Assembly: GCA_029260855.1 (NCBI GenBank)
Contig: JAJDCK010000009.1
Location: 1,233-65,232, forward strand
From: Candidatus Saccharimonadota bacterium
GTDB taxonomy: Bacteria; Patescibacteriota; Saccharimonadia; Saccharimonadales; OFTM59
Reading direction: 5' to 3'
Length of the DNA: 64,000 nt
Each line of letters begins with the position of its first letter. Positions within the stretch are counted from its first letter, which is position 1. The notes beneath the pieces are model-generated. The model saw only the letters and a list, made by a program, of their open reading frames with translations. It was not told the origin of the DNA and did not search any database. The translations under genes and the position numbers were made by a program. Positions 10,844 through 17,533 of the stretch are shown piece by piece.

Positions 10844-12361
10844 ATGAGCTCTAAGGTTCATAGCGTTGCAAGCAGCGGCGACAGCGCGCTTATAGTGGAC
10901 GTGGAATGTAACTTATCCAACGGCTTGCCTAACATAGTAATAGTTGGGTTTGCTAATAAGGCTGTTGATGAAGCAAAAGAACGAGTTAGAAGCGCTTTTA
11001 GCAACAGCGGTCTAGATTTACCCCGTAAAAGGATCACCATAAATCTAGCGCCAGCCGATATACCCAAGGAAAGCCCGGTATTTGATCTGGCAATAGCTAC
11101 CGCGATACTGCAAGCCAGTCAGCAAACAAAAGCTACCAATCTAAGGAAGACTCTTTTCATCGGTGAACTAGGGCTAGATGGCGACATAAGGGCGGTTAGA
11201 GGGATCATTGGCGCTCTGCTTTATGGGAAAAAAGCCGGATTTGATCAGTTTTATATACCAGAACAAAACCTGCAACAAGCAGCCCTAATACCCGACATCA
11301 CCCTTGTACCCGTTAGTAAGCTTCGGGGTATATACCTCGACTTGACTGGCGCAACGCCCTTGAAACGCATTGCAACTGGTGTTGGGATGTTAGTTAAACC
11401 CGAGAGCACTGGCACTGCCCATGATTTTTGTCATGTTATCGGGCAAGCAAGAGCCAAGCGGGCTCTAGAGATAGCTGCTGCCGGATCACATAATATATTA
11501 CTAAACGGTCCTCCAGGAACCGGTAAGAGCATGCTGGCTAAAGCGCTGCCCACCATCCTGTCGCCGCTTGAGCTGGATGAATCCTTAGAAGTAACGCATC
11601 TGCATAGTCTAGCTACGCGCCAATTTGATCGTATCGTAACAGACCGGCCTTTTCGCGCCCCGCATCATAGCGCCAGCCAGATATCTATAGTAGGAGGGGG
11701 TCAACGCCCTCGCCCTGGGGAAATAAGCTTAAGTCATCGTGGGGTACTGTTTTTTGACGAGCTGCCTGAATTTCACCGATCAACTGTTGAGGCCCTCAGA
11801 CAGCCTCTCGAGGACAAGGTCATAACTGTTGCTCGTGCTAAAGATACTGTTACCTTCCCGGCTGATTTTATCCTTGTGGCAACATCAAACCCCTGCCCCT
11901 GCGGCTACTATGGAACAAGTAAGCCCTGTACCTGCATGCCCTACAGTGTTATTAAGTATCAACAAAAGCTATCTGGGCCCATACTGGACCGTATCGACTT
12001 ATATGCGGAGGTAGATAGCGTTAAACATAAGGATTTATTAAGTAACGGCCAGGAGGAACCCAGTGCTGACATCGCCAAGCGCGTGGCTCAGGCTAGGCAC
12101 CGTCAAATGCTTCGCTACAAAGATAGCAGCAAAACAAACGCGGGGTTAAGCAATCAGGATATTAAGCGTTTTGCCAGTCTAACCACAGATGCCCAAACAC
12201 TTCTAAATACAGCCTCCGAGCGCTTGAATATATCTCCAAGGAGCTACATGAAGCTTATTAAGATAGCTCGGACCATCGCCGACCTAGAATGCGCAACGGT
12301 GATAAACACAGCACATATCAGCGAAGCCCTGCAATACCGCCGTCCTGTATCCGCCATATAA
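10844..12361 (+). CDS. comM: YifB/ComM family Mg-chelatase-like ATPase
   Basis: 505-aa ORF with an N-terminal Lon-protease-like domain, an AAA+ core with Walker A LNGPPGTGKSM and Walker B VLFFDELPEF, and a Cys cluster (SNPCPCGYYGTSKPCTC) typical of ComM. Confidence 0.9.
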   Translation: MSSKVHSVASSGDSALIVDVECNLSNGLPNIVIVGFANKAVDEAKERVRSAFSNSGLDLPRKRITINLAPADIPKESPVFDLAIATAILQASQQTKATNLRKTLFIGELGLDGDIRAVRGIIGALLYGKKAGFDQFYIPEQNLQQAALIPDITLVPVSKLRGIYLDLTGATPLKRIATGVGMLVKPESTGTAHDFCHVIGQARAKRALEIAAAGSHNILLNGPPGTGKSMLAKALPTILSPLELDESLEVTHLHSLATRQFDRIVTDRPFRAPHHSASQISIVGGGQRPRPGEISLSHRGVLFFDELPEFHRSTVEALRQPLEDKVITVARAKDTVTFPADFILVATSNPCPCGYYGTSKPCTCMPYSVIKYQQKLSGPILDRIDLYAEVDSVKHKDLLSNGQEEPSADIAKRVAQARHRQMLRYKDSSKTNAGLSNQDIKRFASLTTDAQTLLNTASERLNISPRSYMKLIKIARTIADLECATVINTAHISEALQYRRPVSAI

Positions 12362-12388
12362 ATAACGGATGTTTCTCGAAATATATTG

Positions 12389-12417
12389 TTGACCTCTGTT
12401 TATGTATCTGTTACAAT
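12389..12417 (+). promoter_or_regulatory. sigma-70-type promoter of the infC-rpmI-rplT operon
   Basis: TTGACC (12389-12394), 17-nt spacer, TACAAT (12412-12417). Confidence 0.6.
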
Positions 12418-12457
12418 GGGCCTAACCAGCAATGAATATATCTAAGGAGCCACTTCT

Positions 12458-12988
12458 ATCGACAAGTCTACTCGTCTGAATGGATTTATTCGGGCGGCAA
12501 ACTTACGCGTCATAGATGAGGACGGTGAGCAGCTCGGTGTACTCACAAAGGCAGAAGCCTTGCGAGCAGCTGAAGAACGAGGCCTAGATCTTGTAGAAAT
12601 TTCACCAGGCGCTAACCCGCCGGTAGCCAAGATAGTTGACTGGGGCAAATATAATTATCAGCGCGAAAAGCAGCTGCAGAAGAACAAGCGCAACACCAAG
12701 GTGCTTGAAGTAAAGCAAATGCGTATCGGCCTCAAGATTGGCGAGCACGATCTAGAAGTTAAGTTAAATAAAGTTAATAACTTCTTAGACGCTGGCCACA
12801 AGGTAAAAATTACAGTAATATATCGTGGACGAGAGCTTGCGCACAAGGAGCTAGGTTTCAAACTTGCGGAGAAAGTAATCGGCCAGCTTGGAGACCGAAT
12901 CTCCGTTGATCAGCAGCCACAGCTTGCAGGTAAGCAGCTAAATTTTGTCATAAGGAGTACTCAGAATGCCAAAGCTAAAAACACATAG
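12458..12988 (+). CDS. infC: translation initiation factor IF-3, probable non-canonical AUC start
   Basis: The frame is open from the stop at 12443. An AAGGAG Shine-Dalgarno at 12444-12449 lies 8 nt before ATC 12458. Translation IDKSTRLNGFIRAANLRVIDEDGEQLGV...GLDLVEISPGANPPVAKIVDWGKYNY is the IF-3 N-domain and linker. The ORF-track start (TTG 12560) would remove the N-domain. Confidence 0.8.
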   Translation: MDKSTRLNGFIRAANLRVIDEDGEQLGVLTKAEALRAAEERGLDLVEISPGANPPVAKIVDWGKYNYQREKQLQKNKRNTKVLEVKQMRIGLKIGEHDLEVKLNKVNNFLDAGHKVKITVIYRGRELAHKELGFKLAEKVIGQLGDRISVDQQPQLAGKQLNFVIRSTQNAKAKNT

Positions 12989-13163
12989 CGGAACCAAGGA
13001 TCGGGTTCGTGTAACCAAGAACGGTAAAGTCCTACATGGTCACGCCGGAATGAGCCATTTATTAGCCAAGAAAGGTGCCGGCCGGAAGCGTCGCCTTGTT
13101 AGCACTGCAACCATGACCGGTAAAAGTGCTAAGAATATTAAGCTTAAGCTGGGGTCCAAATAA
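12966..13163 (+). CDS. rpmI: 50S ribosomal protein L35
   Basis: 65-aa ORF MPKLKTHSGTKDRVRVTKNGK... It overlaps the infC 3' end by 23 nt. Confidence 0.93.
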   Translation: MPKLKTHSGTKDRVRVTKNGKVLHGHAGMSHLLAKKGAGRKRRLVSTATMTGKSAKNIKLKLGSK

Positions 13164-13507
13164 TGCGCGTTAAAAGAGGCGTGGCAAGCCACGCCAAACA
13201 CCAGAAAATCCGCCACGCCACTAAAGGCATGACCCGAGGCAACCGTTCTTCTATAAAACGCGGCAAGCAAGCCATTACTAAATCTCTGCAATTCGCTACT
13301 CGTGACCGCAAAAACCGCAAGCGAACATTCCGCGAACTATGGAACACTCGTATCAACGCAGCCGCACGCCTAAACGGCACCACTTACTCGCGACTGATTG
13401 CAGGCCTAAAGCAAGCCAATGTTAACCTTGATCGTAAGATTCTGGCTGAACTAGCTGTCAACGAGCCCAAGGCTTTTGAAGCCGTAGTTAAAGCTGTCAA
13501 GAAATAA
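13163..13507 (+). CDS. rplT: 50S ribosomal protein L20
   Basis: 114-aa ORF MRVKRGVASHAKHQKI...RDRKNRKRTFRELWNTRINAAAR, with a TAATG stop/start overlap with rpmI. Confidence 0.95.
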   Translation: MRVKRGVASHAKHQKIRHATKGMTRGNRSSIKRGKQAITKSLQFATRDRKNRKRTFRELWNTRINAAARLNGTTYSRLIAGLKQANVNLDRKILAELAVNEPKAFEAVVKAVKK

Positions 13508-13530
13508 TTAACAACTAGCTCTAAATAAAA

Positions 13531-13565
13531 AACCGCCTGTCGCATATGCTTCAGGTGGTTTTTTA
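13531..13565 (+). terminator. intrinsic terminator after rplT
   Basis: AACCGCCUG...CAGGUGGUU hairpin followed by UUUUU. Confidence 0.7.
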
Positions 13566-13568
13566 TGC

Positions 13569-13904
13569 CAGATTATCCGTAAGCCGGGTTCTGTTTTAGC
13601 TAATCATCTATCTAGTTTTGCCGTTGCCGACATAATCGAGCGGATCTTGTGACATACTTTCGGCGGGAACCTTAGTGAAAATATGTCTCCTTGCAGCAGA
13701 CAGGGTTTACCTCTTCCCAGCGTCACCACTGGGAACTGTGGGCTTTTACCCCACTCGTTTCACCCTTACTCTTACGAGCGGTATTGTTTCTGTGGCACTT
13801 TCCCTAGGGTTACCCCCGGTTGCCGTTAGCAACTGTCTCTCCCTGAGCTGCCCGGACTTTCCTCTCCGACGCGCAAAGCGTCGGGGCGATCAGCCGATAA
13901 TCTG
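13569..13904 (-). ncRNA. rnpB: RNase P RNA (bacterial type A)
   Basis: The minus-sense sequence contains the universal GAGGAAAGUCCGGGC, plus GGGUAACCC, GGGUGAAAC, GGUAAACCC and the 3' ACAGAACCCGGCUUA. The P1 helix is formed by AGAUUAUC (5') and GAUAAUCU (3'). Confidence 0.93.
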
Positions 13905-13943
13905 ACAATGAATATTATACCAAATAAATTCTTGCTTCTCTAT

Positions 13944-14339
13944 TTAACGCACGCTAATACGTCGAATTACGAACGTAATAACTTCATAAGCCACTATTCC
14001 GGATATCGCAAGACTGATTGGTAGCAATAATACAAAATATATAGGTATACCGGATATAAAATCTACACGTTTCGGGTCATCCTTACCGTAAAAGGCCGTT
14101 ACCTTGTCTCCCACCTTTTTGCCATCTATCAATCTTAACGGATTGTCCTCTTTATATGACTCCAAGTAACGATTGCTCGCAATATGTACATTGCCCCGTT
14201 GGTCATAGTACTGATAAACCGGATATAAAGCGTCTGCGCGGCTACAAAACCCTTGTCGAGGTGGGCAATAACTACGTTCTCTGTCAATCCTTATGACCGT
14301 TGCGGTTGTCTTATAAGCCTCTTGATTCTCGCGATGCAT
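13944..14339 (-). CDS. membrane protein with TM-beta domain-TM (DUF3592-like) architecture; the gene appears split by a frameshift, with its N-terminal segment at 14416-14291
   Basis: 131-aa ORF with a C-terminal TM helix. A 41-codon ORF (MSKKHKVLLIILGFSIILELPW...) starts at ATG 14416 in an ATGA overlap with the upstream gene. It would join this frame if one C were added to the CCCC run (plus-strand GGGG at 14354-14357). Confidence 0.6.
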   Translation of the reverse strand: MHRENQEAYKTTATVIRIDRERSYCPPRQGFCSRADALYPVYQYYDQRGNVHIASNRYLESYKEDNPLRLIDGKKVGDKVTAFYGKDDPKRVDFISGIPIYFVLLLPISLAISGIVAYEVITFVIRRISVR

Positions 14340-14412
14340 AGCAAGAGATACCAGGGGAGTTCAAGTATAATAGAAAACCCAAGAATAATTAGCAGCACTT
14401 TGTGTTTCTTAC

Positions 14413-15090
14413 TCATACACTTTTTAGTTCGGCGTCAAGGATCTCGTTGACTTCGGCGTCAGCTAACTTATTAAGCTCGCGGGGCACATGTGTGAATGTA
14501 ACTTTATGAAAGCCTTTTATAAGATCTTTTATAGCCTCATGTATAGGCCACAAGTCCCGGTTTTTAACCTTAAAAATGCCTTTCATCTGATTAACAACTA
14601 GTAGGCTGTCCATATAGATTGCAATATCTAATGCCCCCGCTTTGCGGGCCTCCTCCAGGCCTATCTTGACAGCCTGATATTCGGCTTGATTATTAGTAGT
14701 AATACCTTGATAGATTCCGCTCTTCTTGATAACGACGTCATTCATGTCCATTATTACGTACGCTGACGCAGACGGACCGGGGTTACCCCTAGACCCTCCG
14801 TCGGTATACAGCTTGATTTGTTTAACCACAACTGGCGGTTTTTGTTCCTTTGGTGGCGCTGCCCCAATGGCGTCTACCCTTTCTGCAAATGTACGGTCTT
14901 TATCTGTTATTTTATTACCGGCATCATGACTGGTAAGCCATAGCTCGACAGTGCTATAACTGTTTCTAATTTCAGGATGATGGGTCAACTCTTCGGCGAT
15001 ATTAGCCACTTGGTTCATAAAGGCCACAGCCTCTTTGAAGCTACCAAAGCTGAATTTCTGATAAAGTTTATTGTCTGTTTCCTGCCACAT
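14413..15090 (-). CDS. fusion protein: pterin-4a-carbinolamine dehydratase (PCD/DCoH)-like N-domain + RNase HI C-domain
   Basis: 225-aa ORF. Residues ~1-75 carry the PCD signature (EELTHHPEIRNSYSTVELWLTSHDAGNKITDKD). Residues ~90-225 carry the RNase H type 1 DEDD residues in YTDGGSRGNPG, NNQAEYQAV, IYMDSLLVV and NKLADAEVN. Confidence 0.8.
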   Translation of the reverse strand: MWQETDNKLYQKFSFGSFKEAVAFMNQVANIAEELTHHPEIRNSYSTVELWLTSHDAGNKITDKDRTFAERVDAIGAAPPKEQKPPVVVKQIKLYTDGGSRGNPGPSASAYVIMDMNDVVIKKSGIYQGITTNNQAEYQAVKIGLEEARKAGALDIAIYMDSLLVVNQMKGIFKVKNRDLWPIHEAIKDLIKGFHKVTFTHVPRELNKLADAEVNEILDAELKSV

Positions 15091-15105
15091 TCGTATATCT
15101 TAACA

Positions 15106-15181
15106 TGGTCGGGGTGACAGGACTTGAACCTGCGACCTCACGGCCCCCAGCCGTACGCGCTACCAACTGCGCTACACCCCG
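15106..15181 (-). tRNA. tRNA-Pro (anticodon GGG), CCA encoded
   Basis: Manual cloverleaf: CGGGGUG/UA/GCGC-AGUUGGUA-GCGC/G/UACGG-CUGGGGG-CCGUG/AGGUC/GCAGG-UUCAAGU-CCUGU/CACCCCG/A/CCA. Confidence 0.9.
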
Positions 15182-15183
15182 AT
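15145..15183 (-). repeat. 39-nt direct repeat, copy 1 (tRNA-Pro positions 1-37 plus 2 upstream nt, within the intact gene)
   Basis: The sequence ccccagccgtacgcgctaccaactgcgctacaccccgat is identical to 15406-15444. Confidence 0.95.
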
Positions 15184-15405
15184 GTATTTGAATAGTATAG
15201 CGTAAAGATGTCCGGGCCGTGAGGGCCTCACGATCACCTTCGGCGCCTACTTCCAGCAGGCTTGACATTGACTTGCTTGAAGCATAGCTTCAAATCAGTC
15301 AAGTGTCCTTGCGATGAGCTACAAGCTCATCTCACCCGAAACTTCATCTTTGAAAACAAGTTTTCAAGAGAAGGCTTCCTTGCACACTGCCGCTGGCAGT
15401 GCTCA

Positions 15406-15444
15406 CCCCAGCCGTACGCGCTACCAACTGCGCTACACCCCGAT
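15406..15444 (-). repeat. 39-nt direct repeat, copy 2 (orphan 5' half of tRNA-Pro: acceptor 5' strand, D-arm, anticodon stem 5' strand and loop through position 37)
   Basis: Perfect 39/39 identity with 15145-15183, located 261 nt upstream in tRNA orientation. No matching 3' half follows it. Confidence 0.95.
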
Positions 15445-15549
15445 AACTCTCGACCCTGAAAACTATAAGAGCTCCTAGAACTATACTGATAAAAATAGAG
15501 CTTTTAAAGAATTAGGCTTAGACTTGCGTACTTGAGTGCAGTTTGGTTC

Positions 15550-15591
15550 AAAAAAGAGCACCGTAAGTGAGCCGTACTTCATGGTACGGTG
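15550..15591 (-). terminator. intrinsic terminator
   Basis: Minus-sense CACCGUA...UACGGUG stem (an alternative inner hairpin is CCGUAC-CAUGAA-GUACGG) followed by CUCUUUUUUG. Confidence 0.6.
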
Positions 15592-15646
15592 AATGCGGGG
15601 CGCAGTTTTTGGGCCGAAATGTGCCAAGTACGAAAGTATAAAAATA

Positions 15647-15778
15647 GCTGGAGGGCCAGATGACAACCTGGTTTATTAATCCCAGGTGGGTCTCCGCACG
15701 ATAACACCACAGCGTTATCGAATATTGGAATCCCGAATGATAAGTATTCAGATTATCATTTACTGGCCCTTGCCCAGC
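15647..15778 (-). ncRNA. candidate structured ncRNA: 132-nt four-helix junction (family not recognised)
   Basis: The closing helix pairs GCUGG+GGGCCAG (15778-15763) with CUGGCCC+CCAGC (15659-15647). Three hairpins sit inside it: AAUGAUAA/UUAUCAUU (8 bp), CGAUAAC/GUUAUCG (7 bp) and ACCUGG/CCAGGU (6 bp). All pairs are Watson-Crick. An extended -10 promoter ends 7 nt upstream and UAUUUUUAU follows. No ORF is present. Confidence 0.5.
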
Positions 15779-15785
15779 AGGTCTT

Positions 15786-15794
15786 ATTATACCA
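15786..15794 (-). promoter_or_regulatory. extended -10 promoter (TGgTATAAT)
   Basis: Minus-sense TGGTATAAT overlaps the last bases after the M50 protease stop. The predicted transcription start coincides with the first base of the closing helix at 15778. Confidence 0.45.
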
Positions 15795-15799
15795 ACTTA

Positions 15800-16453
15800 T
15801 CAGCCTATAAGAAGATTCAAAATCGTAATATTAACGGTTCTTAAAATCGGGCTAATGAGTGGAAAAAAGAGAAAAATAAAGATAAACAACCCTGCAAGCC
15901 CCATATTCTCTATTTGGGCCATTATGTTTCTGACCGGCTCAGGCGCTAAGGCATAAAGCAGCCTCGACCCATCAAGAGGAGGAAAAGGGATCATATTAAA
16001 AACAAAAAAGCCGACATTAACCTGAAGGAATATAAATAATAGGCTAAGTAAGACCTCGCCACCTCCGGCATTAAACGAAAGACGTATCAAAACGGCCGTT
16101 ACTAGAGCCAGGGCTAGATTAGTCAACGGACCAGCCAGACCGACCATCGCCGCGCCGAAGTCATCGTATTTTACCCTAGCTGGATTAAATGGCACCGGCT
16201 TGGCCGCACCAACTATAGGCAGATTACGCGCAGATACGCTATTAATGTTGAGAAGTATTAGGCTCAAAGGTAATAATACTGTCAGAAACGGATCAATGTG
16301 CCTGATAGGGTTTAGTGTCAGCCTACCTTCTAGCCGTGCGGTGTCGTCTCCAAGCCAGTTACTTGCAAAGGCATGCATGGCTTCATGCAAGGTCATAGAT
16401 ACCAAGATTGAACCCACAACCGCTATAATCAGAAAAATCGTACTGTCTGCCAT
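15800..16453 (-). CDS. site-2 protease family (peptidase M50) membrane metalloprotease
   Basis: 217-aa polytopic membrane ORF with HExxH (LHEAMHAF) in the first TM region and a downstream PPLDGSRLL motif. Confidence 0.85.
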   Translation of the reverse strand: MADSTIFLIIAVVGSILVSMTLHEAMHAFASNWLGDDTARLEGRLTLNPIRHIDPFLTVLLPLSLILLNINSVSARNLPIVGAAKPVPFNPARVKYDDFGAAMVGLAGPLTNLALALVTAVLIRLSFNAGGGEVLLSLLFIFLQVNVGFFVFNMIPFPPLDGSRLLYALAPEPVRNIMAQIENMGLAGLFIFIFLFFPLISPILRTVNITILNLLIG

Positions 16454-16481
16454 AAGCCATACTAGTATACCAGCTACATCG

Positions 16482-16510
16482 TTGACTTATTAGTCTAAAA
16501 CAGATACAAT
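16482..16510 (+). promoter_or_regulatory. sigma-70-type promoter of rpmB
   Basis: TTGACT (16482-16487), 17-nt spacer, TACAAT (16505-16510). Confidence 0.6.
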
Positions 16511-16547
16511 TATGCGCTGAATCTATATAACTTTTAGGAATTATGTT

Positions 16548-16736
16548 ATGCAAAAGTGTGATCTTACCGGCAAAGGCAAACAGTTTGGCAGCAATGTCAG
16601 CTTTTCTCAGCGCCACACCAAGAAAGTCTGGAAGCCAAACTTACAGACTAAGACAGTTGTAGTCGACGGCAAAAAAGTGACAATGAAGCTCAGCACGCAA
16701 GCTATCCGTACTCTCAAGAAAAAGAACCTTCTGTAA
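16548..16736 (+). CDS. rpmB: 50S ribosomal protein L28
   Basis: 62-aa ORF MQKCDLTGKGKQFGSNVSFSQRHTKKVWKPNLQ... Confidence 0.93.
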   Translation: MQKCDLTGKGKQFGSNVSFSQRHTKKVWKPNLQTKTVVVDGKKVTMKLSTQAIRTLKKKNLL

Positions 16737-16761
16737 ACCTAGACCATAAACCGGTTTGTTG

Positions 16762-17391
16762 TTACTGGCGTTCTAGGATAATTAAGTGGGTGATATCGCC
16801 CATTTCACCGGCTTTGAGTTTAAGCTTAGGCACAGTCTCTTTTGGCTCCATAGCCAAACCTTTTAGGGCCTCTTCCAGTGGCTGCTGGGGCACCTCATAG
16901 TTAATATCTTTATCCGCAAAGTGCGTGGGAATAATAATCTTTGGTTCGATCTTTTTTATGATCTTCAGCGCGCCAATACCGTCTAGGGTGTAACCGTTGC
17001 CGCCAACCGGGATTATAAGAACATCTATGGTCCCAAAGGCCTCTAGCTGATCATCTGATAACTCTGGGTAAATATGACCCACAACCGCCACACGAATATC
17101 TTCTCCTATAATCTTGAACATCGTGGCTGTTTTTTTACCTTCTTCGTCCATATGCGAACGCGCTCCAATACCCTGGATAGACGTATCGGATACCTCGTAT
17201 TCACCTGGTAAATCAATAACCACAGAGCTAGGTATAGTAGCCTGGGATTTGTGCTCGCTCGTATATAAAACTATACCTGCCGCCTTATTGGACGACCCAA
17301 GACCTAGCTCGTCCAAATTATCATCAATGGTAATCGTAGCCCTTTTAGTAGTCAGCCTAATACAGTTAGCCCCATAGAATTGTACTTCCAT
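16762..17391 (-). CDS. MBL-fold metal-dependent hydrolase (UPF0173-like)
   Basis: 209-aa ORF. The overall pattern (N-terminal beta strands, VVGHIYPE, IPVGGNGYTLD, IIPTHF) resembles small metallo-beta-lactamase-fold hydrolases. This is a family-level call only. Confidence 0.6.
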   Translation of the reverse strand: MEVQFYGANCIRLTTKRATITIDDNLDELGLGSSNKAAGIVLYTSEHKSQATIPSSVVIDLPGEYEVSDTSIQGIGARSHMDEEGKKTATMFKIIGEDIRVAVVGHIYPELSDDQLEAFGTIDVLIIPVGGNGYTLDGIGALKIIKKIEPKIIIPTHFADKDINYEVPQQPLEEALKGLAMEPKETVPKLKLKAGEMGDITHLIILERQ

Positions 17392-17533
17392 TAGTAACCC
17401 CTTGAGCTGTTTGCTATTAGACGTTTGGAACTAGGCGTTTGGCAAACCAAAGCAACCGTAGCTAAATGTTTAATGGCTGGTATATGTAAAACACATGTGA
17501 ATTGTGAATTAATAAATGTTAAACCTGGCATTT

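Noticed and set aside
13675-13905. 76-aa plus-strand ORF
   Set aside because: It is fully contained in, and antisense to, the RNase P RNA gene.
15184-15405. Group I intron hypothesis for the 222-nt spacer after the orphan tRNA-Pro 5' half
   Set aside because: The location (anticodon loop) and a few words (GCCGAAGGUG, ACGCUAUAC) recalled tRNA group I introns. However, the spacer is followed by a complete tRNA rather than a 3' exon. No U(-1)/omega-G arrangement restores a 7-nt anticodon loop. I could not build P3-P7-P8 core pairings. ACGCTATACT is better read as a -10 box.
15068-15459. 66-aa (minus) and 65-aa (plus) ORFs
   Set aside because: They run through tRNA-Pro, the 39-nt repeat and the hairpin-rich spacer. 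There are no RBSs, so the region is explained by RNA features.
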